The notes beneath the pieces were generated by a model that searched no databases, was not told the DNA's origin, and worked only from the letters and a program-made list of their open reading frames with translations. Below are positions 35,443-43,743 of a DNA stretch of 64,000 bases, one piece after another. The stretch covers positions 3,693 to 67,692 of the forward strand of contig DAOUFY010000090.1 of NCBI GenBank assembly GCA_034429745.1. The letters run 5' to 3'. The DNA comes from Anaerolineales bacterium (lineage in GTDB: Bacteria > Chloroflexota > Anaerolineae > Anaerolineales > DRKV01). The translations under genes were made by a program, and so were the position numbers. The first letter of the stretch is position 1. Each line of letters opens with the position of its first letter.

Positions 35443-35469
35443 TAAAGAAAATTTGATTTTTGGCGATAA
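35443..35469 (+). promoter_or_regulatory. Sigma-28 (FliA)-type promoter of flagellin gene 2
   Basis: TAAA (35443-35446), a 15-nt spacer, then GGCGATAA (35462-35469). Confidence 0.75.
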
Positions 35470-35488
35470 GGATAATTAAGTACTTTAA

Positions 35489-35520
35489 GGGGAAGGAGCC
35501 CCTATAATCAAACAAGGAGG
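35489..35520 (+). promoter_or_regulatory. Flagellin 2 leader: GGGG-AAGGAG-CCCC hairpin plus GGA-containing SD (candidate CsrA sites)
   Basis: The hairpin is at 35489-35502 with GGA in the loop. The SD AAGGAGG ends at 35520 and the ATG is at 35527. Confidence 0.5.
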
Positions 35521-35526
35521 TATAGT

Positions 35527-36402
35527 ATGGCAGGAAATGTAGATGTAACAAGAATTGCTGGAAATATTGGAGCTCTCAATGCGTTGAATTCATTAGCATA
35601 TGTCAACCAAAATTTGGCAATGCATCAAACGCGGTTGGCAACAGGCAAGCGCATCAATTATGCCTATGAAGATCCGGCGGGCTTAAACTTGGCAACCACT
35701 TTTGATGTTCGACGTCAAGGGTTGGAAGTCGTGCTCAAAGCCATGGGAGATGCGAACAACTTGCTTTCAAATATGGAAGGCGGGCTGCGTAAAATTCAAG
35801 ATATTCTTGTAAAAATGCGTGCCAAAACCCTTGAAGCTATTGGAGATACGATTGGATCTGCTGAAAGGGAAGCGGTTAGCGCTCAACTTAAGGATTACGC
35901 GGCGGAAATTGATCAAATTGTCTCCCAGACGCAATGGAATAATAAGCTGTTGCTTAGTGGGTCAGCCGGCTGGGGAGCAGATCAGTTGTACTTCTTAGTA
36001 GATTCGGACGGTGGCAGTGTAGGCTTTAAGTTCTCTACTAGTGCTGGTGGAAGTGCAGGCTTTAATGTAGCTTATTTGAACAGTCAGCTTACAGGAGCTT
36101 CGGTTGCCGTTTCGGATAGCGCAATGGCAAGGGCTTACATGGATGTGATTGAAGATGCCCTCAATAAAGTACGGCGCGGCGTTATGGATGTAGGATCGTT
36201 CCAAGCCCGGTTGATGTTCAAAGAGGAAACTCTTAATGTTCAATACACCAACACAGAATCGGCCTACAACCGTATTATGAATGCCAACATGGCACAGGAA
36301 CAAGTAGAAGCAAGCAAGTTTGCTATCCTGCAACAGACTGCTACAGCAATGCTTGCACAAGCTAATGTGGCACCACAGTTTATCCTGTCTCTATTCCGCT
36401 AA
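35527..36402 (+). CDS. fliC: Flagellin paralog (291 aa)
   Basis: Its N- and C-terminal domains are the same as in flagellin 1, including a 32-nt identical run (gcctacaaccgtattatgaatgccaacatggca). The central segment is divergent. Confidence 0.9.
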   Translation: MAGNVDVTRIAGNIGALNALNSLAYVNQNLAMHQTRLATGKRINYAYEDPAGLNLATTFDVRRQGLEVVLKAMGDANNLLSNMEGGLRKIQDILVKMRAKTLEAIGDTIGSAEREAVSAQLKDYAAEIDQIVSQTQWNNKLLLSGSAGWGADQLYFLVDSDGGSVGFKFSTSAGGSAGFNVAYLNSQLTGASVAVSDSAMARAYMDVIEDALNKVRRGVMDVGSFQARLMFKEETLNVQYTNTESAYNRIMNANMAQEQVEASKFAILQQTATAMLAQANVAPQFILSLFR

Positions 36403-36450
36403 GTGCTTACACTTATGTGCTATTGATGACTTTCTTAATACTAAATTCAT

Positions 36451-36476
36451 TTCGAGGGGCTTTACCGCCCCTCGAA
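36451..36476 (+). terminator. Stem-loop after flagellin 2 (probable terminator or attenuating hairpin)
   Basis: A perfect 10-bp stem, TTCGAGGGGC/GCCCCTCGAA, has a 6-nt loop. The trailing sequence (AAAGGTTT) is not a clean U-tract. Confidence 0.5.
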
Positions 36477-36509
36477 AAGGTTTAGGTCATATATACTTTG
36501 GCAAAAGCC

Positions 36510-36536
36510 TAAAGATTTTATAAATGATGACGACAA
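36510..36536 (+). promoter_or_regulatory. Weaker sigma-28-like promoter upstream of fliD
   Basis: TAAA, a 15-nt spacer, then GACGACAA, which matches GCCGATAA at 6 of 8 positions. Confidence 0.35.
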
Positions 36537-36589
36537 TAACATTGTGAAGTCTTTGATAGAAGTTGCTGAATGTTTTCTGGAGGTGCAAA

Positions 36590-38434
36590 ATGGGCACAAT
36601 TAGCGGGTTAGATCCTTACTTTCAAAATATAATCAATATCTCAATGCGGTATGAAAGACAAAAACTTGATCGTCTTGAAACGCAACAAACTACCTTAAAC
36701 ACCCAGAAAAAGTTATACACTAGCCTGCAGACGATGTTCTCTGATCTTCAGAAGCTTACTCAAGCTCTCATTACGAAAGATTCTTTCTATGCGATAAAAG
36801 CTGGACGCAGCAGCACAATTACCCCACACGGTACAACAGCCATCATCAATGCCTCGGTGTCTTCCAGCGCGATCCCCGGCGAGTATTCAATATCAGTGAA
36901 CCGTTTGGCTACAGCTCATGTAGCCCGCAGCGCCCAGCAAGCCAGTGTTGCCACTCCGATGAACTTGAGCGGAGAGTTTTATGTAGGTGGACGAAGCGAG
37001 GGACCGTTAGCTACGGAAGTGTCGCGTAATGCCAACGTCGTAACAGCTTTTGAGACCGTGGCTGACACAACTGTAAGTGGAGCAATTGACGCAGATAAAA
37101 AGCAATTAGGCAGCAATAATTACCGCGTGGAAGTACGCAAATCGGATGGAACGTGGCAGTTTCGCTTGGTTGATGCTGATAGCGGCGAAGCTGTAAGCAT
37201 ACGCAGCGGCACTGATACAACAACTCACACTACTGTGTGGCAGAATATTACAGCTGGCACCTACGATACTGGACGCGGTCTGAAGATTACTTTTGCTGAC
37301 CCAGCCACGTATGATGACTCCGATCAAGGAGTTGCAGGAGAGGTTACTTATACAGCTCAAGGAACAAAAATTACTGTGACCAGCACCATGACACTGGCGG
37401 ATATAGCATCGCAAATTAATTCTGCCAAATATGCTGATGGAAATGAAGTGCTTGCTAGCATTGTTGATCGGCGGCTGATTCTTACAGCTAAATACACTGG
37501 TCGTGAAATGCTTGTCAGTGAAACATCTGCTACTCCAGATACTAACAATGTCCTGCGCAAATTGGATTTGCTTAGCGGTGATGACAGCGCTACAGGAACA
37601 TTCAGTACTTTTCTTGATGCTACAGTACCCCAAACAGCCCAATTTAAAGTGAATGGGCTAACCTTGGAGCGCAAGTCGAATACTGGACTGACGAGTGTTA
37701 TTGCAGGGGTTACATTGAACTTGACCGGTGTCCATACCGATTGGACAACACAGAGCGATAAAATTACCGTAACCGAGAACATGGATGGTGCCAATAAAGC
37801 TATCACTGATTTCTTAACAAAGCTCAATGAAATGCTCATCTTTCTTGATGAGAATACAGGCGTTACTAAGATCGCTGAGAATCAATATACTCGCGGCGGC
37901 TTAGCAGACGATACTATCTTCAGTGATTTACGTTCACAACTATTTTCTTTGTTCTCGGCTCAGCACAGTACAACATATCAGCGGGCGAACCGACCAGATG
38001 GAGGCGCTGGAGATCTGATTACCTTAGGAGCATACAAGAGTTTGCGTGAAATTGGCATTGGCTTAGATGATAACCTTACACCAACCGTATTGGATCAGGA
38101 TAAATTGAATACCGCGTTGACCAACAATTTAGATGATGTGAAAAAATTATTTGATGCCGTCATGGGTTCAATTGATGATTTGCTTGGCAGGTTCACTGGT
38201 GTTTGGGGAGACTATGGTTCCTCAACTACAGGCTATATTACTACTGCAAATACGAACATTGATAACGAGATAAAACAACTGAACTATGATATAAAAGATG
38301 AAAACCAACGCTTAAGTGATAAACAAGCATCTTTAGTACAGCAGTACGCTCAATTGCAGTCGCAACTACTTAGCTTGCAGTATATGCAGCAAAGCTGGTC
38401 ATCCATTTATGGAGGCATGAGTAGAATATTCTAA
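36590..38434 (+). CDS. fliD: Flagellar filament capping protein FliD (hook-associated protein 2)
   Basis: The N-terminal segment ISGLD...YERQKLDRLETQQTTLNTQKKLYTSLQ, the C-terminal coiled coil (QRLSDKQASLVQQYAQLQSQLLSLQYMQ) and the genomic context all fit FliD. GGAGGTG precedes the ATG at 36590. Confidence 0.85.
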   Translation: MGTISGLDPYFQNIINISMRYERQKLDRLETQQTTLNTQKKLYTSLQTMFSDLQKLTQALITKDSFYAIKAGRSSTITPHGTTAIINASVSSSAIPGEYSISVNRLATAHVARSAQQASVATPMNLSGEFYVGGRSEGPLATEVSRNANVVTAFETVADTTVSGAIDADKKQLGSNNYRVEVRKSDGTWQFRLVDADSGEAVSIRSGTDTTTHTTVWQNITAGTYDTGRGLKITFADPATYDDSDQGVAGEVTYTAQGTKITVTSTMTLADIASQINSAKYADGNEVLASIVDRRLILTAKYTGREMLVSETSATPDTNNVLRKLDLLSGDDSATGTFSTFLDATVPQTAQFKVNGLTLERKSNTGLTSVIAGVTLNLTGVHTDWTTQSDKITVTENMDGANKAITDFLTKLNEMLIFLDENTGVTKIAENQYTRGGLADDTIFSDLRSQLFSLFSAQHSTTYQRANRPDGGAGDLITLGAYKSLREIGIGLDDNLTPTVLDQDKLNTALTNNLDDVKKLFDAVMGSIDDLLGRFTGVWGDYGSSTTGYITTANTNIDNEIKQLNYDIKDENQRLSDKQASLVQQYAQLQSQLLSLQYMQQSWSSIYGGMSRIF

Positions 38435-38488
38435 TCATTAGATAATTATTGCTTGGATAAGCAAATAAGAAGAGTGAGGAGGTGTGCT

Positions 38489-38845
38489 ATGACAGATCAA
38501 ATGAATGTAAACCGAATTGGAGGGGTTACAAATCCCCAGCAGGAGATAAACTTTCAGGTGCTTCAAGCACAACAGAACGCTGCAGCGGCGGCAGCTACGA
38601 TTAAGAACGTTGAACAGCCCGATAAAAAAGCAGAGGCTAAAGAGCAGTCTGAAGAAGGGCGCAAGCAAGAGCAAAAAGCATTTAAGCAGCTTAATGCTGT
38701 CGAGATGCAGTTTGAAATTGACCGCGAAACAAATGAGATTACATTGAAGATCATGGATAAAGAGACTAAAGAGATCATTCGCACCATCCCTGAACGAGCA
38801 TGGAGTGATCTCAGCGTGGCTGAGTTATTCAAGATTACAGCCTAG
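38489..38845 (+). CDS. flaG: FlaG-family flagellar protein
   Basis: The C-terminal motif LNAVEMQFEIDRETNEITLKIMDKETKEIIRTIP is typical of FlaG. GAGGAGG precedes the ATG at 38489. Confidence 0.75.
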   Translation: MTDQMNVNRIGGVTNPQQEINFQVLQAQQNAAAAAATIKNVEQPDKKAEAKEQSEEGRKQEQKAFKQLNAVEMQFEIDRETNEITLKIMDKETKEIIRTIPERAWSDLSVAELFKITA

Positions 38846-38965
38846 GAAATAGCCGCTTTATACCTCATCTTCTGTATTTCACTTGGCGGTAAGCTTGCTT
38901 CTGCGAAAGAGTGTAGTAGTTTGCTGCCGAGGGGTGGTTTATCTCTTGAGAGGGATAGGTTTTTG

Positions 38966-38974
38966 TGGTAAAAT
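38966..38974 (+). promoter_or_regulatory. Extended -10-like element (TGGTAAAAT) upstream of fliS
   Basis: A TGnTAAAAT match lies 46 nt upstream of the fliS ATG. Confidence 0.3.
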
Positions 38975-39019
38975 GAGATTATACGGACTATTGAAGTCAG
39001 AGAACAGGAAGGAGTACTT

Positions 39020-39406
39020 ATGATGCAAAACACGTACCAAGCAAAATATCGAGAAATTGATATCATGAATGCTAGCCCCATTCACTTGGTGGTGATGGTG
39101 TATGATGTAGCCATTGCGGCGGCTGAAGAAAAGGATCTTACTCGCGCAACAAGAGCAGTCAGTGTGCTACGCGATGCGTTGAATTTTGATTATCCAGAAG
39201 CTGCTGGACTATTCCGATTGTATCAATGGGTTATGGAATGCATGCGAGAGGGTGACTATGATAATGCTCTCTCGGTGCTGCGAGAACTACGCGATTCATG
39301 GGCTACAGTCGAAGCACGCCTCTCGGGTTCCATTCCGGCCACGAGCACAACTGCAGGGCAACCTTCAGCGGAAGTACCTGCTTCAGAAGAAGCTAAAAAA
39401 GAGTAA
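39020..39406 (+). CDS. fliS: Flagellar export chaperone FliS
   Basis: YREIDIMNASPIHLVVMVYDVAIAA, followed by the four-helix-bundle-like remainder, fits FliS. The gene sits after fliD/flaG. Confidence 0.85.
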   Translation: MMQNTYQAKYREIDIMNASPIHLVVMVYDVAIAAAEEKDLTRATRAVSVLRDALNFDYPEAAGLFRLYQWVMECMREGDYDNALSVLRELRDSWATVEARLSGSIPATSTTAGQPSAEVPASEEAKKE

Positions 39407-39450
39407 CAGCTTTGTGTTTCTCCGCCCCTGTTCTTTGAAAGGACATCGAA

Positions 39451-39477
39451 CCCTCACCCTTTTTATAGGGGTGAGGG
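39451..39477 (+). terminator. Stem-loop after fliS (probable terminator)
   Basis: A 9-bp stem, CCCTCACCC/GGGTGAGGG, has a 9-nt loop and is followed by A/T-rich sequence. Confidence 0.5.
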
Positions 39478-39497
39478 ATTATTATCCAATTTGGAGA

Positions 39498-40187
39498 GTG
39501 TTAGCATGCCTATGTAGCTTGGTTTGTTTTGCATGCAATCCATTTGCTTTACCGCCGAAAACCCCACAAAATAAAATTGAAACAACAAGCGAAGCAACAG
39601 CAAATCAGCCGACATCTTTTTTTTCAATACCGCTGTTGGAGGGAAAACTCAATCCTTTTCTGACGGAAACACCTTCACCCACTCAAACTGCAACGCTAAC
39701 GCTTTCCCCCACCAATACACCTACAATGACATTGACTCCTTCAGCTACTTATACAGCAACCTTCACTCCTACTCCAACAGCAACTAAAATGCCAAAGCTC
39801 AATGTATTGTTTCAAACCTGTGATACAGGGATTGATATTTTCTCCGGGCTAGGCGAAGTAACAAATGCGTATATAACCGTTCAAAATATTGGCAATCAAG
39901 ATGCCGAAAATGTGCGCATTACCTTAGCTGCGAGTGATGAAGAAAAACCCCACCGTGATCGTCAGTATATTGTTCCTCATTTACCTCCTCAGTACGAAAT
40001 CTCTGTAAAGTTAACCGTAGATACGCAAAGTCGGCAGGATACAGTGCTAACTGTACATGTTTCTGCGGAAAATGCTGTCAGTGAAGCTGTTACAAAAGAA
40101 AACTGTAGCAGTCGCTTTGCCGATAAAGAAAGAATTGAAGCCTTGGGTTCATTATTTAAGGTGCTTCCCATGGCTGCTGAACACTAA
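39498..40187 (+). CDS. Hypothetical exported protein with Thr/Pro-rich linker and a CARDB-like beta domain
   Basis: It has a hydrophobic N-terminus (LACLCSLVCFAC), a PT-rich linker (TPSPTQTATLTLSPTNTPTMTLTPSATYTATFTPTPTAT) and YITVQNIGNQDAENVRITL. The start is uncertain (GTG 39498 or 39471). The ORF-track start at 39186 overlaps fliS out of frame. Confidence 0.5.
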   Translation: MLACLCSLVCFACNPFALPPKTPQNKIETTSEATANQPTSFFSIPLLEGKLNPFLTETPSPTQTATLTLSPTNTPTMTLTPSATYTATFTPTPTATKMPKLNVLFQTCDTGIDIFSGLGEVTNAYITVQNIGNQDAENVRITLAASDEEKPHRDRQYIVPHLPPQYEISVKLTVDTQSRQDTVLTVHVSAENAVSEAVTKENCSSRFADKERIEALGSLFKVLPMAAEH

Positions 40188-40196
40188 ACCTGTCGT

Positions 40197-40772
40197 ATGG
40201 AAAATTCCAGCTTGTATATTCTTACTGGAAGCATGAATGCTGGAAAGACCATGTTTTGCATGCGGTTCGTGAACGAAGCGCGGCGCAGGAAGATAGATGT
40301 AGCCGGCGTTCTTTCACCGCCTGTGATATGCCGGAAACGAAAAATTGCTATTGAAGTAGAAGATATTCGCAGCGGAGAAAAAAGGACATTAGCTCAACAA
40401 CAAGCACATAATGAACCGGGACCTCAAATAGGCCAGTGGTTTTTTTATGCAGATGCCTTGCAGTGGGGGAATGAAATTTTGCGTCGTTCTGTACCTTGTG
40501 ATGTGCTGATAATAGATGAGATTGGTCCTTTGGAATTAATACGCCACGAAGGATGGCAAGCTGGGGTAGAAGCTATAGATTCGAGACAATATTGCATTGG
40601 GCTAGTTGTCATTCGTCCATCCTTGCTGCAGGAAGCAAAAAAACGTTGGAAAGGGGCGCAAGTGATCCTGCTTAACCCATGGATCAGAAATATCCAAAGA
40701 TGGTTATGGAATCAAAAGCTATTATTAGAACTTGAGGCACAGTTAATGAAAAAACCTGCAAGCAGCGTTTGA
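40197..40772 (+). CDS. P-loop NTPase (THEP1/DUF2478-like)
   Basis: It has a Walker A-like motif (LTGSMNAGKT) and a Walker B-like motif (VLIIDEIGPLE). Confidence 0.5.
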   Translation: MENSSLYILTGSMNAGKTMFCMRFVNEARRRKIDVAGVLSPPVICRKRKIAIEVEDIRSGEKRTLAQQQAHNEPGPQIGQWFFYADALQWGNEILRRSVPCDVLIIDEIGPLELIRHEGWQAGVEAIDSRQYCIGLVVIRPSLLQEAKKRWKGAQVILLNPWIRNIQRWLWNQKLLLELEAQLMKKPASSV

Positions 40773-40807
40773 CATTTTAACGTGTTCTGTGTATAATACA
40801 AATGCAG

Positions 40808-40881
40808 GGGCGGTTAGCTCAGTTGGTCAGAGCGTTGCGTTGACATCGCAAAGGTCGTTGGTTCAAGTCCAATACCGCCCA
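40808..40881 (+). tRNA. tRNA-Val (anticodon GAC)
   Basis: The cloverleaf folds by eye. The acceptor is GGGCGGT/ACCGCCC and the D arm is GCTC-AGTTGGTCA-GAGC. The anticodon stem is TTGCG/CGCAA with loop TTGACAT. The T arm is GTTGG-TTCAAGT-CCAAT and the discriminator is A. No CCA is encoded. Confidence 0.9.
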
Positions 40882-40902
40882 TTACTATTTTTTATATATG
40901 AA

Positions 40903-41150
40903 AAAGCGCTGATTGGGACGAGTAACAGTATCAGCACAACAGAGAGAAGCTGTGTAGGGCTGAGAACGGCTTTGGTGATATTGATGCTGCGAAAACCCCC
41001 CAGGAGCTTGACCTGGAACGGCTGTTCAGCTTAGTAAGGGAAACGGATAAGCCCCGTTATTGGCTTGTGAAGAGTGCCGATTTTTTCGGTGAAATTGGGT
41101 GGAACCGCGTGAGAACCTCTCGCCCCATAGGTGAGGGGTTTTATTTTTAA
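40903..41150 (+). promoter_or_regulatory. T-box leader (tRNA-sensing riboswitch) controlling thrS
   Basis: Stem I elements are GACGAGTA, the AGAGA box (cagagagaag) and GCTGAGA. The T-box sequence AAATTGGGTGGAACCGCG is at 41091-41108. It is followed by a GC hairpin and TTTTATTTTT (about 41115-41147). ACC triplets at 40995 and 41011 are candidate Thr specifiers. Confidence 0.7.
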
Positions 41151-41165
41151 ATTGAGGAGGTTTTT

Positions 41166-42962
41166 ATGTCTGCCGAACGTTATGAAGATTCTGAACTTTT
41201 TCGCATACGCCATTCGGCCGCACATGTCATGGCACAGGCGGTGCTGGAAATGTTCCCGGATGCACAAATCACCATTGGACCAGCTATAGAAGATGGTTTT
41301 TATTACGATTTTGATTTGCCGCGCCCCTTAACACCGCAGGATCTCGAGAAAATTGAAGAGCGAATGAAAAGCATTATTAAGGGGAATCATCCTTTTGTGA
41401 GAAGGGTTGTCAGTGAAGAGGAAGCGCGCCGAATCTTTGAAAAGCAAACTTATAAACTTGAACTGATTGATGATTTGCTGAAAGGTGGAACAGATGAACA
41501 TGGTGAGCCGCTGCAGGGCAAACCAGAACTTTCCATTTACACTCACGATAAGTTTACGGACTTATGCCGCGGACCTCATGTAGAAAATACAAGTCAAATC
41601 AATCCAGATGCAATAAAACTTCTGTATGTTGCAGGAGCATATTGGCGCGGTGATGAACGCCGCCCGATGCTGCAGCGTATTTATGGTACAGCCTGGCGGT
41701 CAGCTGAGGAGCTTCAAGATTACCTTTGGCGCATGGAGGAAGCGCGTAAGCGCGATCACCGCAAGTTGGGCAGAGAATTGGATTTGTTTAGTGTATCTGA
41801 CGAAGTGGGGCAAGGTCTCATATTATGGCATCCGAAAGGGGGAATGGTACGCAATTTAGCCGAAAATTTCTGGTCAAAAGAGCATGAAAAGGCCGGCTAT
41901 TCTTTTGTATATACCCCCCACATCGGCAAAGCTCAATTGTGGGAAACAAGCGGTCATCTGGTTTCGTATGCTGAAAACATGTATTCCCCAATAGACATTG
42001 AAGGGCAGAAATACTACATCAAACCCATGAATTGTCCTTTTCATATTGCTATTTATAAAAGTAAGATGCGATCATATCGCGAAATGCCTTTGCGATTTGC
42101 GGAGAAAGGGACGGTCTATCGTTACGAGCGCAGTGGAGTGCTGCATGGATTGCTGCGGGTACGCGGTTTTACACAAGACGATGCGCACCATTTTTGCCGT
42201 CCGGATCAAATGCCAGCTGAGATTGATTTTGTGTTAAATTTTTGCTTGCATATCCTTAAATCCTTTGGTTTTACAGAATTTAAAGCCTATTTAAGCACTA
42301 TGCCTGAGAAACGCATTGGCAGTGAGGAACAATGGCACGAAGCTGAAGCAGCTCTCGAAGCTGCATTAAAGCGGGCTGCCCTAAGTTATGATGTGGATGA
42401 GGGCGGCGGCGCTTTTTATGGCCCTAAAATAGACCTAAAGATAAAGGATGCTATTGGGCGCGAATGGCAGCTTTCTACGATACAGTTTGATTTCAACCTT
42501 TCGGAACGATTTGACCTCACCTATATTGGGGAAGATGGACAGCCTCACCGACCTTATATGATCCACCGCGCTTTGCTGGGCAGCATGGAGCGCTTTTTTG
42601 GAGTACTCATTGAACATTATGGCGGAGCATTTCCAGTTTGGCTGGCACCGGTGCAGGCCGTGATTATCCCGATCGCTGATCGGCACTTAGATTATGCCTA
42701 TCAACTTAGAAAGCGTATTAAAGCTGAACAAGTACGAGTTGAGGTAGATGACCGACCGGAACGCATGAATGCAAAGATCCGCGATGCGCAGACTCAAAAA
42801 GTCCCTTATATGCTAATTGTTGGAGATAAAGAAATGAATGAGGGTAAAGCAGCTTTACGGTTGCGCAGCGGAGAAGACCTTGGTGCGATTACGCTGGAAG
42901 AATTCTTTGAGAAAGTTCGCCAAGATACGAGCAGTTTGAGCACTTGGGAAACAGATGATTAA
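41166..42962 (+). CDS. thrS: Threonine--tRNA ligase (598 aa; starts at the editing/SAD domain and lacks an N-terminal TGS domain)
   Basis: It has HSAAHVMAQAV (editing-domain HxxxH), the class II core (RVRGFTQDDAHHFC, GGGAFYGPKID) and an anticodon-binding C-terminus (VPYMLIVGDKE). A strong SD (GAGGAGG) precedes the ATG. Confidence 0.92.
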   Translation: MSAERYEDSELFRIRHSAAHVMAQAVLEMFPDAQITIGPAIEDGFYYDFDLPRPLTPQDLEKIEERMKSIIKGNHPFVRRVVSEEEARRIFEKQTYKLELIDDLLKGGTDEHGEPLQGKPELSIYTHDKFTDLCRGPHVENTSQINPDAIKLLYVAGAYWRGDERRPMLQRIYGTAWRSAEELQDYLWRMEEARKRDHRKLGRELDLFSVSDEVGQGLILWHPKGGMVRNLAENFWSKEHEKAGYSFVYTPHIGKAQLWETSGHLVSYAENMYSPIDIEGQKYYIKPMNCPFHIAIYKSKMRSYREMPLRFAEKGTVYRYERSGVLHGLLRVRGFTQDDAHHFCRPDQMPAEIDFVLNFCLHILKSFGFTEFKAYLSTMPEKRIGSEEQWHEAEAALEAALKRAALSYDVDEGGGAFYGPKIDLKIKDAIGREWQLSTIQFDFNLSERFDLTYIGEDGQPHRPYMIHRALLGSMERFFGVLIEHYGGAFPVWLAPVQAVIIPIADRHLDYAYQLRKRIKAEQVRVEVDDRPERMNAKIRDAQTQKVPYMLIVGDKEMNEGKAALRLRSGEDLGAITLEEFFEKVRQDTSSLSTWETDD

Positions 42963-42977
42963 TAAACAGCAAGGGGA

Positions 42978-43730
42978 TTATATTTCCCCTTGCAAATATG
43001 CTTTTGTGCGCGCTTCTTGCGGATTTTCAAAGAATTGCTTTGCAGTCCCATGTTCTATCAGCTCGCCCAAGTACATGAAGACGACGTAATCGGCAAGACG
43101 TTTGGCTTGGCGTAGAATATGGGTTACGAGAATAACGGTGTATTTTTCTTTGAGGTCCAACAATCGTTTTTCAATGTGCTGAGCAGAAATGGGGTCGAGG
43201 GCAGAGGTAGGCTCATCACCAAGCAGCAAGTGCGGTTCTACAGCTAAACCGCGGGCTAAACATAGGCGCTGACGTTGTCCAATGGATAAATCATTGGCAG
43301 GTGCATGCAAACGATCTTTTACTTCATCCCATAAACCGGCTTGTTCAAGATAGTGGCGGACGATGTGATCCAAATTTTTACCCTTTAACATATTGTGGAC
43401 TCGCAAGCCGTAAGCCACGTTATCGTAAATAGACATAGGAAGAGGATAGGGTTGTTGAGCTAACAGCCCTACCTTTTTACGTACTTCGGTTACATCCACG
43501 GAGGGATCGTAGATATCCTGCCCCTCAATGAGAACTGTGCCATGGATTTTAGCACCTTTTTGGAGCTCGACAAAGCGGTTGAGGCTTTTAAGAAGGGTAG
43601 ATTTTCCACAACCTGAAGGTCCGATGATGACAGTGATCTGGTTTTTGGGTATTTGCAGGTTGATATCTTTTAAGGCATGGTTATTTCCATAAAAAACGTT
43701 AAGGTTGCGAATGGTAACGTGTGATTGCAT
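42978..43730 (-). CDS. pstB: Phosphate ABC transporter ATP-binding protein PstB
   Basis: NLNVFYG...AL..I.L.I..N.ITVIIGPSGCGKSTLL, LSIGQRQRLCLARGLAV and LLGDEPTSALDP fit PstB. The likely start is MQSHVTI at 43730, and the ORF track extends to 43811, overlapping pstA. Confidence 0.9.
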   Translation of the reverse strand: MQSHVTIRNLNVFYGNNHALKDINLQIPKNQITVIIGPSGCGKSTLLKSLNRFVELQKGAKIHGTVLIEGQDIYDPSVDVTEVRKKVGLLAQQPYPLPMSIYDNVAYGLRVHNMLKGKNLDHIVRHYLEQAGLWDEVKDRLHAPANDLSIGQRQRLCLARGLAVEPHLLLGDEPTSALDPISAQHIEKRLLDLKEKYTVILVTHILRQAKRLADYVVFMYLGELIEHGTAKQFFENPQEARTKAYLQGEI

Positions 43731-43743
43731 TTTTTCTACCTCG

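Noticed and set aside
39186-39497. An N-terminal extension of the 333-aa ORF overlapping fliS.
   Set aside because: It overlaps fliS out of frame for 220 nt and runs through the post-fliS stem-loop. The translated extension has no protein-like features. The real start is placed after the hairpin.
40789-41267. ORFs 40789-41034 (+) and 41031-41267 (-).
   Set aside because: They cover the tRNA-Val gene and the T-box leader, so the RNA features explain the region.
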